Source: Paramecium tetraurelia (lineage: Eukaryota). Taken from it: a stretch of DNA of 64,000 bases. Positions within the stretch are counted from its first letter, which is position 1. Every line of letters starts with the position of its first letter. The translations under genes were made by a program, and so were the position numbers. Below the pieces are notes generated by a model. It made no database searches and had not been told where the DNA came from. It saw nothing but the letters and a program-made list of their open reading frames with translations. Below are positions 14,103 through 26,416 of this stretch, one piece after another. The stretch spans positions 1-64,000 of the forward strand of contig CT868015.1 of assembly GCA_000165425.1 (NCBI GenBank), given 5' to 3'.

Positions 14103-15066
14103 ATGTCGAAATCCCGCAGTTAGTCTTCGATTCCAGCATTTTTATAGAAAACTTATGATATTTTAGAAGTAGATATTTATTTTTATGCACAGAATCCTCA
14201 ATTACAGGATATTGTAGGGTGGAATGAGGATGGTTCAGGTTTTTTGGTGAAGAACGTAATAGCCTTTTAGGATCAAGTGTTGCCAATGTATTTTAAGCAC
14301 AGGAATTTTGCATCTTTTGTTAGATAGGTAATGAGAGAGAAATTGATAGGGATTAGATGAACATGTATGGGTTTCATAAATCAAGAAGTGATTAGAAGGA
14401 GAATGAGTTTATTCACCCTCATTTTAAGAAGGATCAACGGTGAGTATGATTGTTTATGTTAGAAATCTGTTGAAGAAGATAAAGAGAAAATCAGGAGAAC
14501 AAGGTGATGATTAGTTTGCCATAATGGAATTGAAACCTCATCGAAACCAAAACATATCAGATGTAAAATTATTATGGATGAAACAAAAATTAGAAATAGA
14601 TCCAGTAGATAATTACCAAATAGTAAGAGTTAGAAAAGGTGTGCAAAATTCTGATTGAATAAAATAATAAAATATTGCAGTGCAACTAATAATTAAGAAA
14701 TCAATTGGTTCAAGAGAGGTAAAGATTGAATTCATGAGATTACTAGATTCAATGGGAATAAAAAGTTCCAGAAGTTGAAGGATTACTTTTTGGGCTAGTA
14801 ATAAATATAGGATGATTGTTTACAAGTATATTAAAAGTATAAAAAATAAGAAACAAGCTCTTGAGGATCTAATTTAATCAGACAATGAGGAGCTATTGCT
14901 TCCTAGTTAGAAAAAGGTCAAGGGAGAGGATTCTGACAGTACCATTGACAAGATGGAACAATTATATGACCCACAACCTTTGATGCTAACTAACTCTTTA
15001 GTTGATAATGATGGTATGATTCAATTGATCGATGGTCCTCAATTCAACGATATCTGCTTCGATTGA
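14103..15066 (+). CDS. Heat-shock-factor (HSF)-type DNA-binding transcription factor
   Basis: MSKSRSQSSIPAFLQKTYDILE/NPQLQDIVGWNEDGSGFLVKNVIAFQDQVLPMYFKHRNFASFVRQ/MNMYGFHK...EFIHPHFKK is a textbook HSF DNA-binding domain, followed by a coiled coil. Several tiny GT-AG introns; stop TGA at 15064-15066. Confidence 0.93.
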
Positions 15067-15113
15067 GCTATAATTAAAATGCAATTATGTTAGAAACTAA
15101 TATTTTTTTAATT

Positions 15114-18100
15114 ATGAATTAATAGTTGGGATCTTATGTTAAATTTTTCCATATCATCCGAGAATTGGAGGACAGCAACTAAATCGATATTAAATAGAAG
15201 TAAATCCTGAAAGTCAATTTTACAACAAAAGAAAAAAAATTGATGAATATACTCAACGATCTAAGTAACAACAATCACATTATATTTAGATGATGAAGAC
15301 GAAGAGGAAATTAAATTCAGTCTCTTAAACTATCTAAATGAATCACCCTAAGAGAAACAGCAAATACAGAGACAAATGAAACGAACTAGATCTAGCATTA
15401 CTGATGTCGATCTTATTAAGGGTATACAATATGATGAACTCAAATTCACTGATGCACTAGCAGAAATGGAAAAAGCCTTAAAGTTAATCACTCATTTTCA
15501 AGCCAAAATTAAAGATGGATAAACTATAGATCCAAAAGTCAATGAAATTTTGGAACACATTAACACACTTTTTATTCAGAATTCGCCCTAAAATATCCAC
15601 TCACCTACAATTATAGGAAGAGGTCAATCACTCAACTTAGATATCAATTACTAAATCGAAAGTGAACTCAGCGAGGCATACAAGGAAGTTAAATGTTAAT
15701 TTGCAAATTACATGAAGAGTCATCTATTACTCATGGATGAAACAGTCTCCTATAATACTATCTTCAGTTTGCTTAAGGAATTGAGCAAGAACCTCTTAAA
15801 TTGTGACAACTTTAGTTTCTTTGTCATAAATCCCAATAATGAAATGGAACTTTATCAATCTAAAACTGACAATATAGAATAATTACCGATTGATTAAACC
15901 ATTAAGGATGAGCTAGAAACAATCCCATAGAACAAAATATTTAGGTTCTCTTAGAACTCATCCTTTTGTTCTAAATTAATGTCCATCAACTATCTATCAT
16001 CTTATGGTTTATATGCCAATAATGTTGTGTTCATCTATCATTCAAAATAGAATAAACAACTTGAAACTCAAGATATTTTAAAGTATTTCATTTCTATAAA
16101 TTAGAATTGCAAATGAATACTAATTAATAGATGAAATCAAGACTCTATCTATGTTCTTATTGCAAACCATTCAAAATGCTAAAGTATAATTCTTCAGTCC
16201 ATTGTCCATTGCTGACATGATCCTAGACCTTGGAATATCATTCGTTAGAGCTTCTAAGTTTGTTCTCATTGAAAAAATGTATAACATCATCAGCCAAGTC
16301 TATAAAATTGATAAGTATTCTTAATTTAATGATAGGTTACAAACAGATTAATAAGAAATTTAGGTTTGGGATACCGAGAGTGTCTACATAGTATTCAAAG
16401 ATTAAACAGTAACTGTGTGTTTCAGAATCTATTAAATGAATCTAGTAAAATAGAGTGATCAAAGATTGTATTCCGAGATCAAACAATTCTATGAGAAATA
16501 TCTTCGATTCATTAGAGAATGCTTTGATAAGAGTGCCTTTTATAAGTTCTTTCTAAGATCAAACGATTCACTCATTTTTGAATTCGATAAAAGTGGTCAC
16601 TTATTGTTCCTCTCCAGACCCATCCCTAAATAAATCAAATCCAATTTCAACATACAATTTAATTCGCATCTAATTCACTCCAATCAATTATCATATAACA
16701 AGATATTTGATCAAAATGTTGTATCCAATATTGAAAACTATCTACAAGATCATAAATGGTAAATGATGAAGGACAATGAGAAATAATACGAAATATTCCT
16801 TAAAATTGAAGAGAAGACTTACAAAGGATTCGCAGTGATCTTCACTGAAAATATCAAGGGATGGGTTAAAGAACAATTTAAATAATTGGAATCTGGTAAT
16901 CAATTGGATTCCAAAATCAAAGCCAAAATCAGAAAATAACTCATCCAACATGAAACAATCAATTTTGTTAACAAATTAGAAGAAAACAACCCAGAAGTAA
17001 AAGATTCAGTTGCATCTTTATATATGCCTCTATAACAATTAATCTTAAAAAAATCTAAATCTATTAGAGATATCCAGAATACTCAAAATGAACCAAAGAT
17101 GAGAAAAACAGAAGCCCCATAGAGATCGAAATATCTCACCATTTAAGAATTGGACCTCAACGAATTTTCTTTGGATATTTAAGATGATTTAATTGATACT
17201 TTCGACTTTAACATTATGGAATTAACTTCACAAATTCAAAAGCATAGAGTTGTTTGGGCAATACTAAAAAAGAATGGACATCTAGATGAGTACTAAATAC
17301 CCCCTGAGAATTTGCAGAGCTTTATTAAAGAGATGGAATACAATTACAATGTCAACAATAACCCGTATCACAATTATGATCATGGTGTTACTGTGATGCA
17401 AACTGCTTACTATTTCTGTTTGGAATTAGCATTTACCTCGAATGCCTCTATTATAGATAACTTTAATAGATTCATATTGATGATTAGCAGTTTTGGCCAT
17501 GATGTTGGACATACTGGTAAAACTAATGTCTTTGAAATCAATAGTTTGAGTGATCTAGCCATGAGGTATCATGACAAAAGCGTACTTGAATAACATCATG
17601 CAGCATTGACTATTTAAATTCTAAAAAATCCACAAAGCAACATCCTTGTAAACCTCAACCAATAAGAATTTAGAAATTTCAGAAAAGGACTCATCGCCAA
17701 TATTTTAAGTACAGATATGTCTGAACATTTTACTTTGTTGAAAGACTTTGAAAATAGACCTAAAGATTTTAACGATTGCAAAATTTTGAGTGGATACATT
17801 ATGCATACAAGTGATTTTGGAGGAGCAGGAAAAAAAACTAATCTGTCTATTTAATGGTCTTCAAGGGTCAACCAAGAATTTAGCATTTAGTATAAATTGG
17901 AAGGTGAATTAGGGTATCCACAATAACCTTACATGAAGGATTTACATATTGTAATTGAATTTCTTATATTTAGCCACACGTCCTGGCCAAGTCAGAAATA
18001 GGTTTTCTGAAGGTGATTGTTAGACCTTGCTATGCGCTATTAAGTGAGTTCTTGGAGGATAAGCTCAAACATTGCATAGCCAATATTGATGATACAATAT

Positions 18101-18147
18101 AGCATTGGGAGAAAATAGTCAAAAAAGGTGAAGAATAACAATAATGA
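15114..18147 (+). CDS. Class I 3',5'-cyclic nucleotide phosphodiesterase with a long N-terminal regulatory region
   Basis: Catalytic motifs NPYHNYDHG, GHDVGHTGKTNVFE, YHDKSVLEQHH, ILSTDMSEH, MHTSDF and QEFSIQ. Tiny introns at about 15265, 16083, 16314 and 17951; stop TGA at 18145-18147. Confidence 0.93.
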
Positions 18148-18190
18148 AAACTATATTTATTTAATTTATATGTTGTGTGAGAATTTAAAA

Positions 18191-18560
18191 ATGTCTGAGA
18201 ATTTTGTGGAGAAATACCCAGATAGAGTGTAATTCTTAATGATAACTAGTCCTATATTGTTATAGATTAGTCTCAGATCGAGGTTAAGATTTTAAGATTA
18301 AACAACCATTAAAAAATACTTAGTGAGCAAATCTGATCATTTTTATCATTTTCTTTAAGTAATTAGAGAAACCCTTCATTTATAAAAATAAGAAAGCCTT
18401 TACTTATTCATCAATAATTCTGGTTTAATCAAGGCAGGTAAAACAATCTACGATGCTTTTTTTAGAAAGTTAAGTTGATGAAATCTACTAGAAATTTAAA
18501 AGTTCAGACGGCTTTCTTAGAATTAATTTAACAGAGTATCCTTCCTTTGGTAATGAATGA
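18191..18560 (+). CDS. ATG8: Divergent ATG8/GABARAP-family ubiquitin-like protein
   Basis: After removing two tiny introns: MSENFVEKYPDRVPILLQ...KKYLVSK...IRETLHLQKQESLYLFIN...IYQKFKSSDGFLRINLTEYPSFGNE*. KYPDRVP, KKYLV, DGFL and the C-terminal FG are ATG8 hallmarks. Confidence 0.85.
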
Positions 18561-18946
18561 TACTTTCAGAATTCATACTTTTTATTTTCATTAAGCATTA
18601 TTATATATGAAAAATAATCAAAAAATATTACTATATTCATTCCATAATATAAATAAATTTTCATTTTATGAAAAAATTAGAAATTCTTTTATTTATTTCT
18701 ATTTTTTTTAAATAAAAATGATAGTAATTCTTTAATGAAATATTCCCATATGTCATTATCATCCTTTTTGTACTTAAATAAATGTATTTATCAAAAACTT
18801 TTGTTATTTCTTGTCTTTCAACAATACTATTTAATGGGTAATATTTGTATTATATTTCGTTAAAAATATGAAAGACTATTGAATAATTTGTAAATTTTAT
18901 TATATAATTATTAAAAAAATGATTAATTTCTTTTAAAAACTAAATA

Positions 18947-20204
18947 ATGAACTAAAGTGAATTAAGTTCTGATGATTTGGATCAATTATTCAAAGGAATT
19001 TAATCTAAGTTGGAAGGAAAAGAAGACATTATGGATTCCTTGATACCTAAATTTTAAGAAAAATACAAATTTTTCCAAATCTAAGAATCCTCTAAAAAGT
19101 ATATATCCTAACTTTTCATTTAGATTATTAGGAAGATTTTAGCTTAGACTATCAGAATTGATGGAAAAATGTAAGAACTAAAATTAATTCAATTACTTGG
19201 TTGGCATTCAATAGAAGTTGTTAACATTTAATATCATTCAAATTCTTGATTAAATTAATAACTCGGGAATCGAAAATAAAGCAAAGGATATTGTTCAATA
19301 ATTCAGATAACCTACTAACTGGCAATAAAATAATAAAATAAACAAATCATTGTTTTAATTTTATGAGGATTAATTTTGGAGATTATATGGCATTTTGTTA
19401 TTGAATGAGTATTTATATATTGATTTTAAGAGAAAACATAGAAAATATGATATTACTATCAGTCAAAGCAAGATAATGTTGAACGATTATTGAAGCTAAG
19501 TTTAGAAAGAAATAGATAATTTCTTTATATATAACAATTAAAATATCCATAATTGGCTACTATTGAAAACAAAGCTTAATAAATGAATTTTTCTCAAATT
19601 AATTACACAATGGAGACTCCTTATTAAAATAAAAATATTAGAATGTTTGGTACATTAACATAAAATCCAAAATTCAATAGATTTAATTCAACAAGTCCAA
19701 GAAAATATCTGAAAACCAATAATTTCAAAAATGATTGGAGTCTTGAAAATGAAAGCCAAGCTCTTGAAAGTTTAGATAGAAGACCAAGAATTTATTCTTA
19801 AAATATTTCAAATATATTCTCAAATTAGACTGTAAGAGAAAAAACTTAGCATTAATCGATTTCTTAAAAAAATAATTTAAATGGACAGGGTTCCTAAAAC
19901 TAAACCCCTCAAGGTAAAAAAAAGATTAGTTCTATTGATTTAAACTGTAAATTAAATTTAAATATTAGAATCCTTTAATCAATTTGTGATGTCTTCATAA
20001 TCAGTTTCACCCAAAAGAAAATTCAAGAAACCAAAAGTAAATTAGAATCTGAATTAGACTTTTTATTAATAACTGTTTCCATCACAAAGAACTACAAATA
20101 GAGCATTTGTAATTATGAAAAGCATTTTGTTTAATGAATCAAAAGGAATTCATAATTATGCTTACTCTAACATGGTGTTTAATTAGAAGTAACTAAAACC
20201 ATGA
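18947..20204 (+). CDS. Hypothetical protein
   Basis: Open in the ciliate code from ATG 18947 (MNQSELSSDDLDQLFKGIQSKLEG) with tiny introns (e.g. gtatatatcctaacttttcatttag) to TGA 20202-20204. No motif recognised. Confidence 0.6.
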
Positions 20205-20367
20205 TATTACTTAATTTATTATCTCTATTAGATCTATTTTTGTAATTTTTAAATAAAATGGAAATTATAATGAAGGAAGAGCATCAATTTAAATTATAAT
20301 ATAAAATAATCACTGACGTATTAAAACACAATTGTTAATATTTTATTTATAAAATCTTAAACCCTAA

Positions 20368-20730
20368 ATGGAATAATAATACATACTCTGCCCATCGTGC
20401 AAAATAAGTGTAGGTTTCTTAAGTTGTTGTACTTGCCATAAAAAATTTGAACTAGTCCTCTGTAATGGGTTATAAGTGAATTGTCCATTATGCATCGATG
20501 TAATTTGTATATATCACAGTAGTGTAAATTGGATACCTTTTACTAAAGTGATCAAGACGTATAGTAACATCAATAATGCCATAGAAATTCAAAAAGGATG
20601 CTTTATCATTGTGAGTGTTGCAATGGCTACTTTTGCAAGTGTGTGTATGATTTTAAGTTAAATTTTTAGAGAACGATAATTGAAAAGGTAAGTAACTTTA
20701 AATCCATGCCCATTTTCTAAAAACAGATGA
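20368..20730 (+). CDS. Small Cys-rich putative zinc-binding protein (~105 aa)
   Basis: MEQQYILCPSCKISVGFLSCCTCHKKFELVLCNGLQVNCPLCID/CKLDTFY...CHRNSKRMLYHCECCNGYFCKCV/ERQLKRQVTLNPCPFSKNR*, using introns of 23 and 25 nt. Several CxxC pairs. Confidence 0.55.
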
Positions 20731-21079
20731 TATTTTAAAAGTTCAAAAAAAAAATGATAAACTTTTTTTATGTCTTTATAAACTGTGCACCATTTACTAT
20801 AAATTTAAATGTTTAAAATATATAACAATTTCTGCTTAACTATTAGAAAAGAATTATTTTCAACAGATAAATAATTAAAAATATTTAAATTCCCAAAAAT
20901 TAAATGAGAAGATATTCATTGTTTAATAATTTCAATTTTGCTTTTTTTTATTTAAAGTATTAAGAATAAAAGTATTAATTAATCTTAAATAAAATTTCTT
21001 TAAAAAAATACTTTAATACTAAGTTATTAAATTATAGATTTTAAGCCTAAAATAACTAAATTCTATAATTTCATAATTT

Positions 21080-22769
21080 TCATGCTTTAGGCCTTACAAC
21101 TATATTTTCTTTATATAAATCAGCATGAATTTATCTTATTCTTTAAGGGGGTCCTTTAGGATTAACTGTTTAGACTATTTGTAAATACTTTATAAAAATA
21201 TACTTCTTGTTCTTGGAGATAACTATCTATCTGTCAACTACTAAATAGGGATAACGGAGTCATCGCTTGTTTAGACCTAAGAATCTGTAATAATAAATAC
21301 AAATTTTGCAGCACAATTAAATTATTCTATATGAGACCCTATATCTTCATTTGATTGCCTACAAGAAAGATTTTACTGATCGGGATTTCTTGTAGAATTT
21401 AACATATCAGTTAAATTAAAATGAATAGAATCTGCTTCACTTTTCTATATTGAGGAAGGCAATATTTTGATTTTGTTCACATGGCCTTAACTGAGAGCAT
21501 TCTAAAAATCAATTTAAAAGTACTTTAGTATGTCCTGGTTAATGCTAAGTGTGAAAATCATTAGAGAAATTGTTTTTTTTATGCTTAATTTATTTGGGAG
21601 TAGAATTTTTAATTTCTAATAAATTAACTTAACTAAGAGCATTTTCATAATATTTATTTTTGCTCTTTTATCTTGTTAGTTAAGTTTACACTGATTTTAA
21701 TTGCTATTCTTTTTTTAAAGATTCTTCAATCAATATAGATTATTTCCTTTAAAATTCATTTTTTAATTTCAAAGCCACAGCTTAACATTGTTCAGCAATT
21801 TTCTTTTCATTTATTAATTTTTTTGATAATTCATTTCTTTATTCAATTAATTTGTTTTCCTTTTCCCTTAATAGTGACTCCTACTATTTAATCAAGCCTT
21901 CTAATTTAGCATTCTAATCTCTAAAAATTATTCAATTACTCATTACTTTTATTCTTATAAATGCTTTTCTAAAATTATTTTATCCTATTCCAATTAGCAA
22001 ATCTTTTATGCTTGTGATTGTTCTCTAGCTTAACAAGAGATTTAATATTAATTATTTTGGAGGATAGTGTCATTATGTACTCTATTGAGATCTGCAATTT
22101 ATTACAATAAGCTTCTTTACTAATATATTTTTCAGAATTACTGCTTATTCATGTGAATAACCCAACTCTTGGATTGTTTTTTATAATTTTTCCTTTTCTC
22201 TCAATTCTTAATCTAATTCAAATGTAGTTTATTTAAGCTTTAGTTTTAAACAATTAGAATCCTTTGTATAGGTTTATTTTTTTTACGTATTCTAAAATAG
22301 ATTTTTAATTATTTAAAGCCTCTGAAAATTCTCTAGCTAATCCTTCTTTCAAAATTTCATTTTATTTTAGAATTTATGTAATTTAAAGTTAAAAGTCAGC
22401 GCATTTATAGCATTTTCTATAATAAATTATCTCTATTTATACTGTTCTTTCTTCTCTAATTCTTCATAATCTAGATTCAATTGGTTGTAATTTTTTTCTA
22501 AATTACTAAATTCTTTGCATTTGTTTCGAAACTAAATTTAATAAATAACTTACTTCGTATTCCAGAATGGTAATCTTTTCATTAAGAACAGACTTTAGTT
22601 TGGAAATTTCTTACTCATGTAGTTAATTTAATAATTGTATTTCTTTTCCTCTGTCATGACTAGATATATCACCCATAGCTTTCATTAAGGACTCATTAAG
22701 CTTTTTTAAGTTAGCTTCTCTTTCTAGTGCTTCTTTAAGTTGCATTTCTACTAATACTGACCTTTCCAT
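21080..22769 (-). CDS. Hypothetical coiled-coil protein
   Basis: ATG 22769 gives MERSVLVEMQLKEALEREANLKKLNESLMKAMGD, then E/K/Q/L-rich heptads and multiple tiny introns. Ends ...NIVVRPKA* at 21080-21082. Confidence 0.7.
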
Positions 22770-22825
22770 TTAACTAACTGTTTATAATATATTTTTAAAT
22801 TATTTCACATTTTTATACATATTAC

Positions 22826-25442
22826 ATGAATTTTAACACTTAAAGATAGATTTCAATAGAAGATTTAATAAAGCTGGGCTAAAAATATTTAGAGATGAGT
22901 GATCAGGATTTAAAACAAAAAATGACCTAAGCTAAAACAGGAAATCCAAATGATAATAACCTAAAAGCCAGGATATAAAAAATAATTAATGAAAGTAAAA
23001 TTGAAGGCAACAAATCTAAGATAGAATTCTACTTATAATAAGTAAAGCTATCACTTAATTAGAAATAGAGAGATGAAATTAAAATAAAACCCTAAGCTTA
23101 AGATCTCCAATATAATTACGACATTAATGCTTAAAACCATAAATTATAACAATAAAATCAGGCATTGGCTAGGACGAAAGATTCCTAATTAAGGGAATAG
23201 AAAAATTTGAGACAAGAAGGTGATTCACAATCTAAGTATTATATGTATATAAAAAGTAAAAAGTTTAAAAATGGAAATGCATAGTGTAATTTATGAAGAA
23301 ATTCGCAGACCAACTTCAACTATCGAAATGCAAATAAATCACAGCTAAGAAAATAAAATTTCAATTTAAAGCCAATAATAGAGTTCAAAGCTTATATAAC
23401 ACGAACTAGCTAAACGTAGGGCAATAAATATAGAAAATAATACAGTGCATAATTAAGACAAAATTTAACCTCCTGATGATAATTAATCAGATGTTAAACA
23501 TAAATATGAACCTCCAAATTTTCAATAAATATCTATGGGAACTGATTAAAGAAATAGATATAATTACAGCCCTAGAGAAAAGTATAGAACTGATCGCCAA
23601 ATAGGTAACCTTCCAAAAAACTAACAAAAAGATAGATCTCCAAAAGTAAAATAAGGCAATTCAGACAATAAAACGAATATAAATGATCTAACTCCATCAG
23701 AAGGGAAAAGGGATTCAAATTAATAAAATTTGAAAATCACTGAAGATGCTATATAATATTTTTACACACTTATAAATTATATAAAAGCATTCATAGAAAA
23801 AGGACAAACGAATTCTGGATCTTAAAAAGAAATTTTCTTTGATTTTTCAAAACTAGATATTAGTTATGAAGTAAAATCTATTTAGTGGAGTTAAGAAGAG
23901 TCAACTAGTAAGGATATAGAAAATATATAAAATAATCAATAAATTCAATCAAATTAACAAGATTAAAAAGTGTTCACTAACAAGGATAAAGATGTAAATA
24001 TATTAAATGATAAATAAATAAAAAAGGATATACAATAAAATTAGCAAGATAATAAAGTGGAAACTAAAAAGGAATTAAATTTAAATTTAAATTATGAATA
24101 AACTGATGAGGTAATACAATCAAAATAGAAAGAAAAATAAGTGTAAACTAATACGGATACAGATTTTAGTATATTAATTAGTGAAAATAAAGGTAAGATA
24201 CAATTAATATAACAGGATGATCTAAATGTAAATATATAATATAATGAACTCACTGATGAGGTAAGACAATCAAAATTACAAGAAAATGACGTGTCAACTA
24301 TAATGGGTCAAGATTTAAATTTAATAAATGAATAATTAGGTAAGGGAATAAAATCAAATTAGCAAGAAATAGATGCGTAAAGTAATATTGATCAATTAAG
24401 TATATTATTTAGTTAAATTACTGATGATGGTACAAATACTAGTGAGTAAAATTAAAAAGTGAAAACTAAAATGGAGCAAGAATTAACTGTATTTACTATT
24501 GAAAATATATATGACGGTACACAAATTGATAAGTAAATTTAAGAGGCTTAAAAAAACAGGGATCAAGAATTATTTAAATTTATTAGTGAAAAAAATGATA
24601 TGATAATTTTATCAAGGTAGTAGGATAAAGAAGTGTTAAGAATAATGTTTCAAGATTTAAAATTATTATTTTATGAATTATTTAGAAAGGAAAAAGAATC
24701 AAATTAGTAAGACAAGGAAGTGTAAACTAATAATGATCAGGATTAAAATTTAATAATTTGTGGATAGAAAGATAAGGAAATACATTAAAATTAATAAGAT
24801 AAAGAAGTGTAAACTAATAAAGATCAAGATTTAAATTTATTAATTAATGAATAAAAAGATAAGGAAATACATTAAAATTAATAAGATAAAGAAGTGTAAA
24901 CTAATAAAGATCAAGATTTAAATTTATTAATTAATGAATAAAAAGATAAGGAAATACATTAAAATTAATAAGATAAAGAAGTGTAAACTAATAAAGATCA
25001 AGATTTAAATTTATTAATTAATGAATAAAAAGATAAGGAAATACATTAAAATTAATAAGATAAAGAAGTGTAAACTAATAAAGATCAAGATTTAAATTTA
25101 TTAATTAATGAATAAAAAGATAAGGAAATACATTAAAATTAATAAGATAAAGAAGTGTAAACTAATAAAGATCAAGATTTAAATTTATTAATTAATGAAT
25201 AAAAAGATAAGGAAATACATTAAAATTAATAAGATAAAGAAGTGTAAACTAATAAAGATCAAGATTTAAATTTATTAATTAATGAATAAAAAGATAAGGA
25301 AATACATTAAAATTAATAAGATAAAGAAGTGTAAACTAATATAGATCAAGACTTCAGTATTTTTAAATACGAATAAATTGATAAGGACATACAATCAATT
25401 ATATCAAATAACGAATTACATACCATTTTGTAAACAAGTTGA
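22826..25442 (+). CDS. Low-complexity Q/N/K/D/E-rich hypothetical protein with 29-aa tandem repeats; may continue in another frame to ~26280
   Basis: ATG 22826 (MNFNTQRQISIEDLIKLGQKYLEM), one 28-nt intron at ~23236, then a single frame through the repeat array to TGA 25440-25442. Confidence 0.65.
24771..25340 (+). repeat. 87-bp coding tandem repeat: 6 identical copies plus a partial 7th, preceded by diverged copies from ~23930
   Basis: Units start at 24771, 24858, 24945, 25032, 25119, 25206 and 25293. Each encodes DKEIHQNQQDKEVQTNKDQDLNLLINEQK. Confidence 0.97.
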
Positions 25443-26416
25443 ATTAAATTACCTTTGCTTATTTAAATATTAAATCAATATTAAAAATCATTTTTCTAAC
25501 TTATTTTGATATTTTAATCCTTTCCTTAATCGAATCTTAGCTTACAATAGAAATTTCTCATTTAGTTGAATTTATTTTATGCCTTTCGTATTAGAGCAAA
25601 TCAACTAAATTAATAAGATAATTGTATAATGAGATATATTTATCATTTTTCAAATTATATTTGATACAATGGGCATTTGATTATAATGTGGATTTAAGAT
25701 TTACATACGATCATTAACATTTCATATACATATTACAGCTTAGAGGTTAAAGAATACATTTATTCCAAAATGTTGATTTCTTTATTAACAATTAGCCTAT
25801 ATTGGAGGATACTAGATTTATTACGAGACTTTAAAATATTATAAAGTTTTCTTTAAGAAAATTTAAATGGATTGATGAGTTAAAAAGTTTGGGTAGAGTA
25901 TTAAAAGATGACTAATAATATCCAATTAAAAAGACTTAAAATAGCCTATAGATTGAAAAGAAAAATGCTAATTCTAACCTATTTAGTATGTATTAAGATT
26001 AACCCTCCTAATTGATTGAATCATTTAGAAGGATATTTCAAGATTAATAAATTTAATCGATTATTGAATCAGCCAGGTAAAAAATAAGATTATATTAATA
26101 GTTCTGAAAAATTATTGTTAGTTTCAAAATGGATAAAATATTATTAGGATTGCTATTCTTTGTTGCTAAAATATATTCCATGACAAGAAGATATCTATTT
26201 TACATATTGAGTATGCTTTTTTTGCATTTATTTACTACTATAAATATATGTGTATTTTGATGCATATTATTAAGGTTTCGAATTTGGTATAATTTATATT
26301 TTGTAAAATATTTATTTTCAATGAGTAACATAGAGTCTTTGAGACAGAGAATATATTAAGGAATGAATTTTAGTTAAATTAATTATAATAATTTATAAAT
26401 TATTTATAATTAACAA

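Noticed and set aside
20360..20500. Minus-strand frame containing LILHDGQ, like an esterase motif
   Set aside because: No further hydrolase motifs, and the plus strand gives a coherent spliced Cys-rich gene. Antisense open frames are common with only one stop codon.
24771..25340. Regularly spaced repeats suggesting a CRISPR array
   Set aside because: The units are head-to-tail with no unique spacers, are in frame within an ORF, and the context is eukaryotic with no cas genes.
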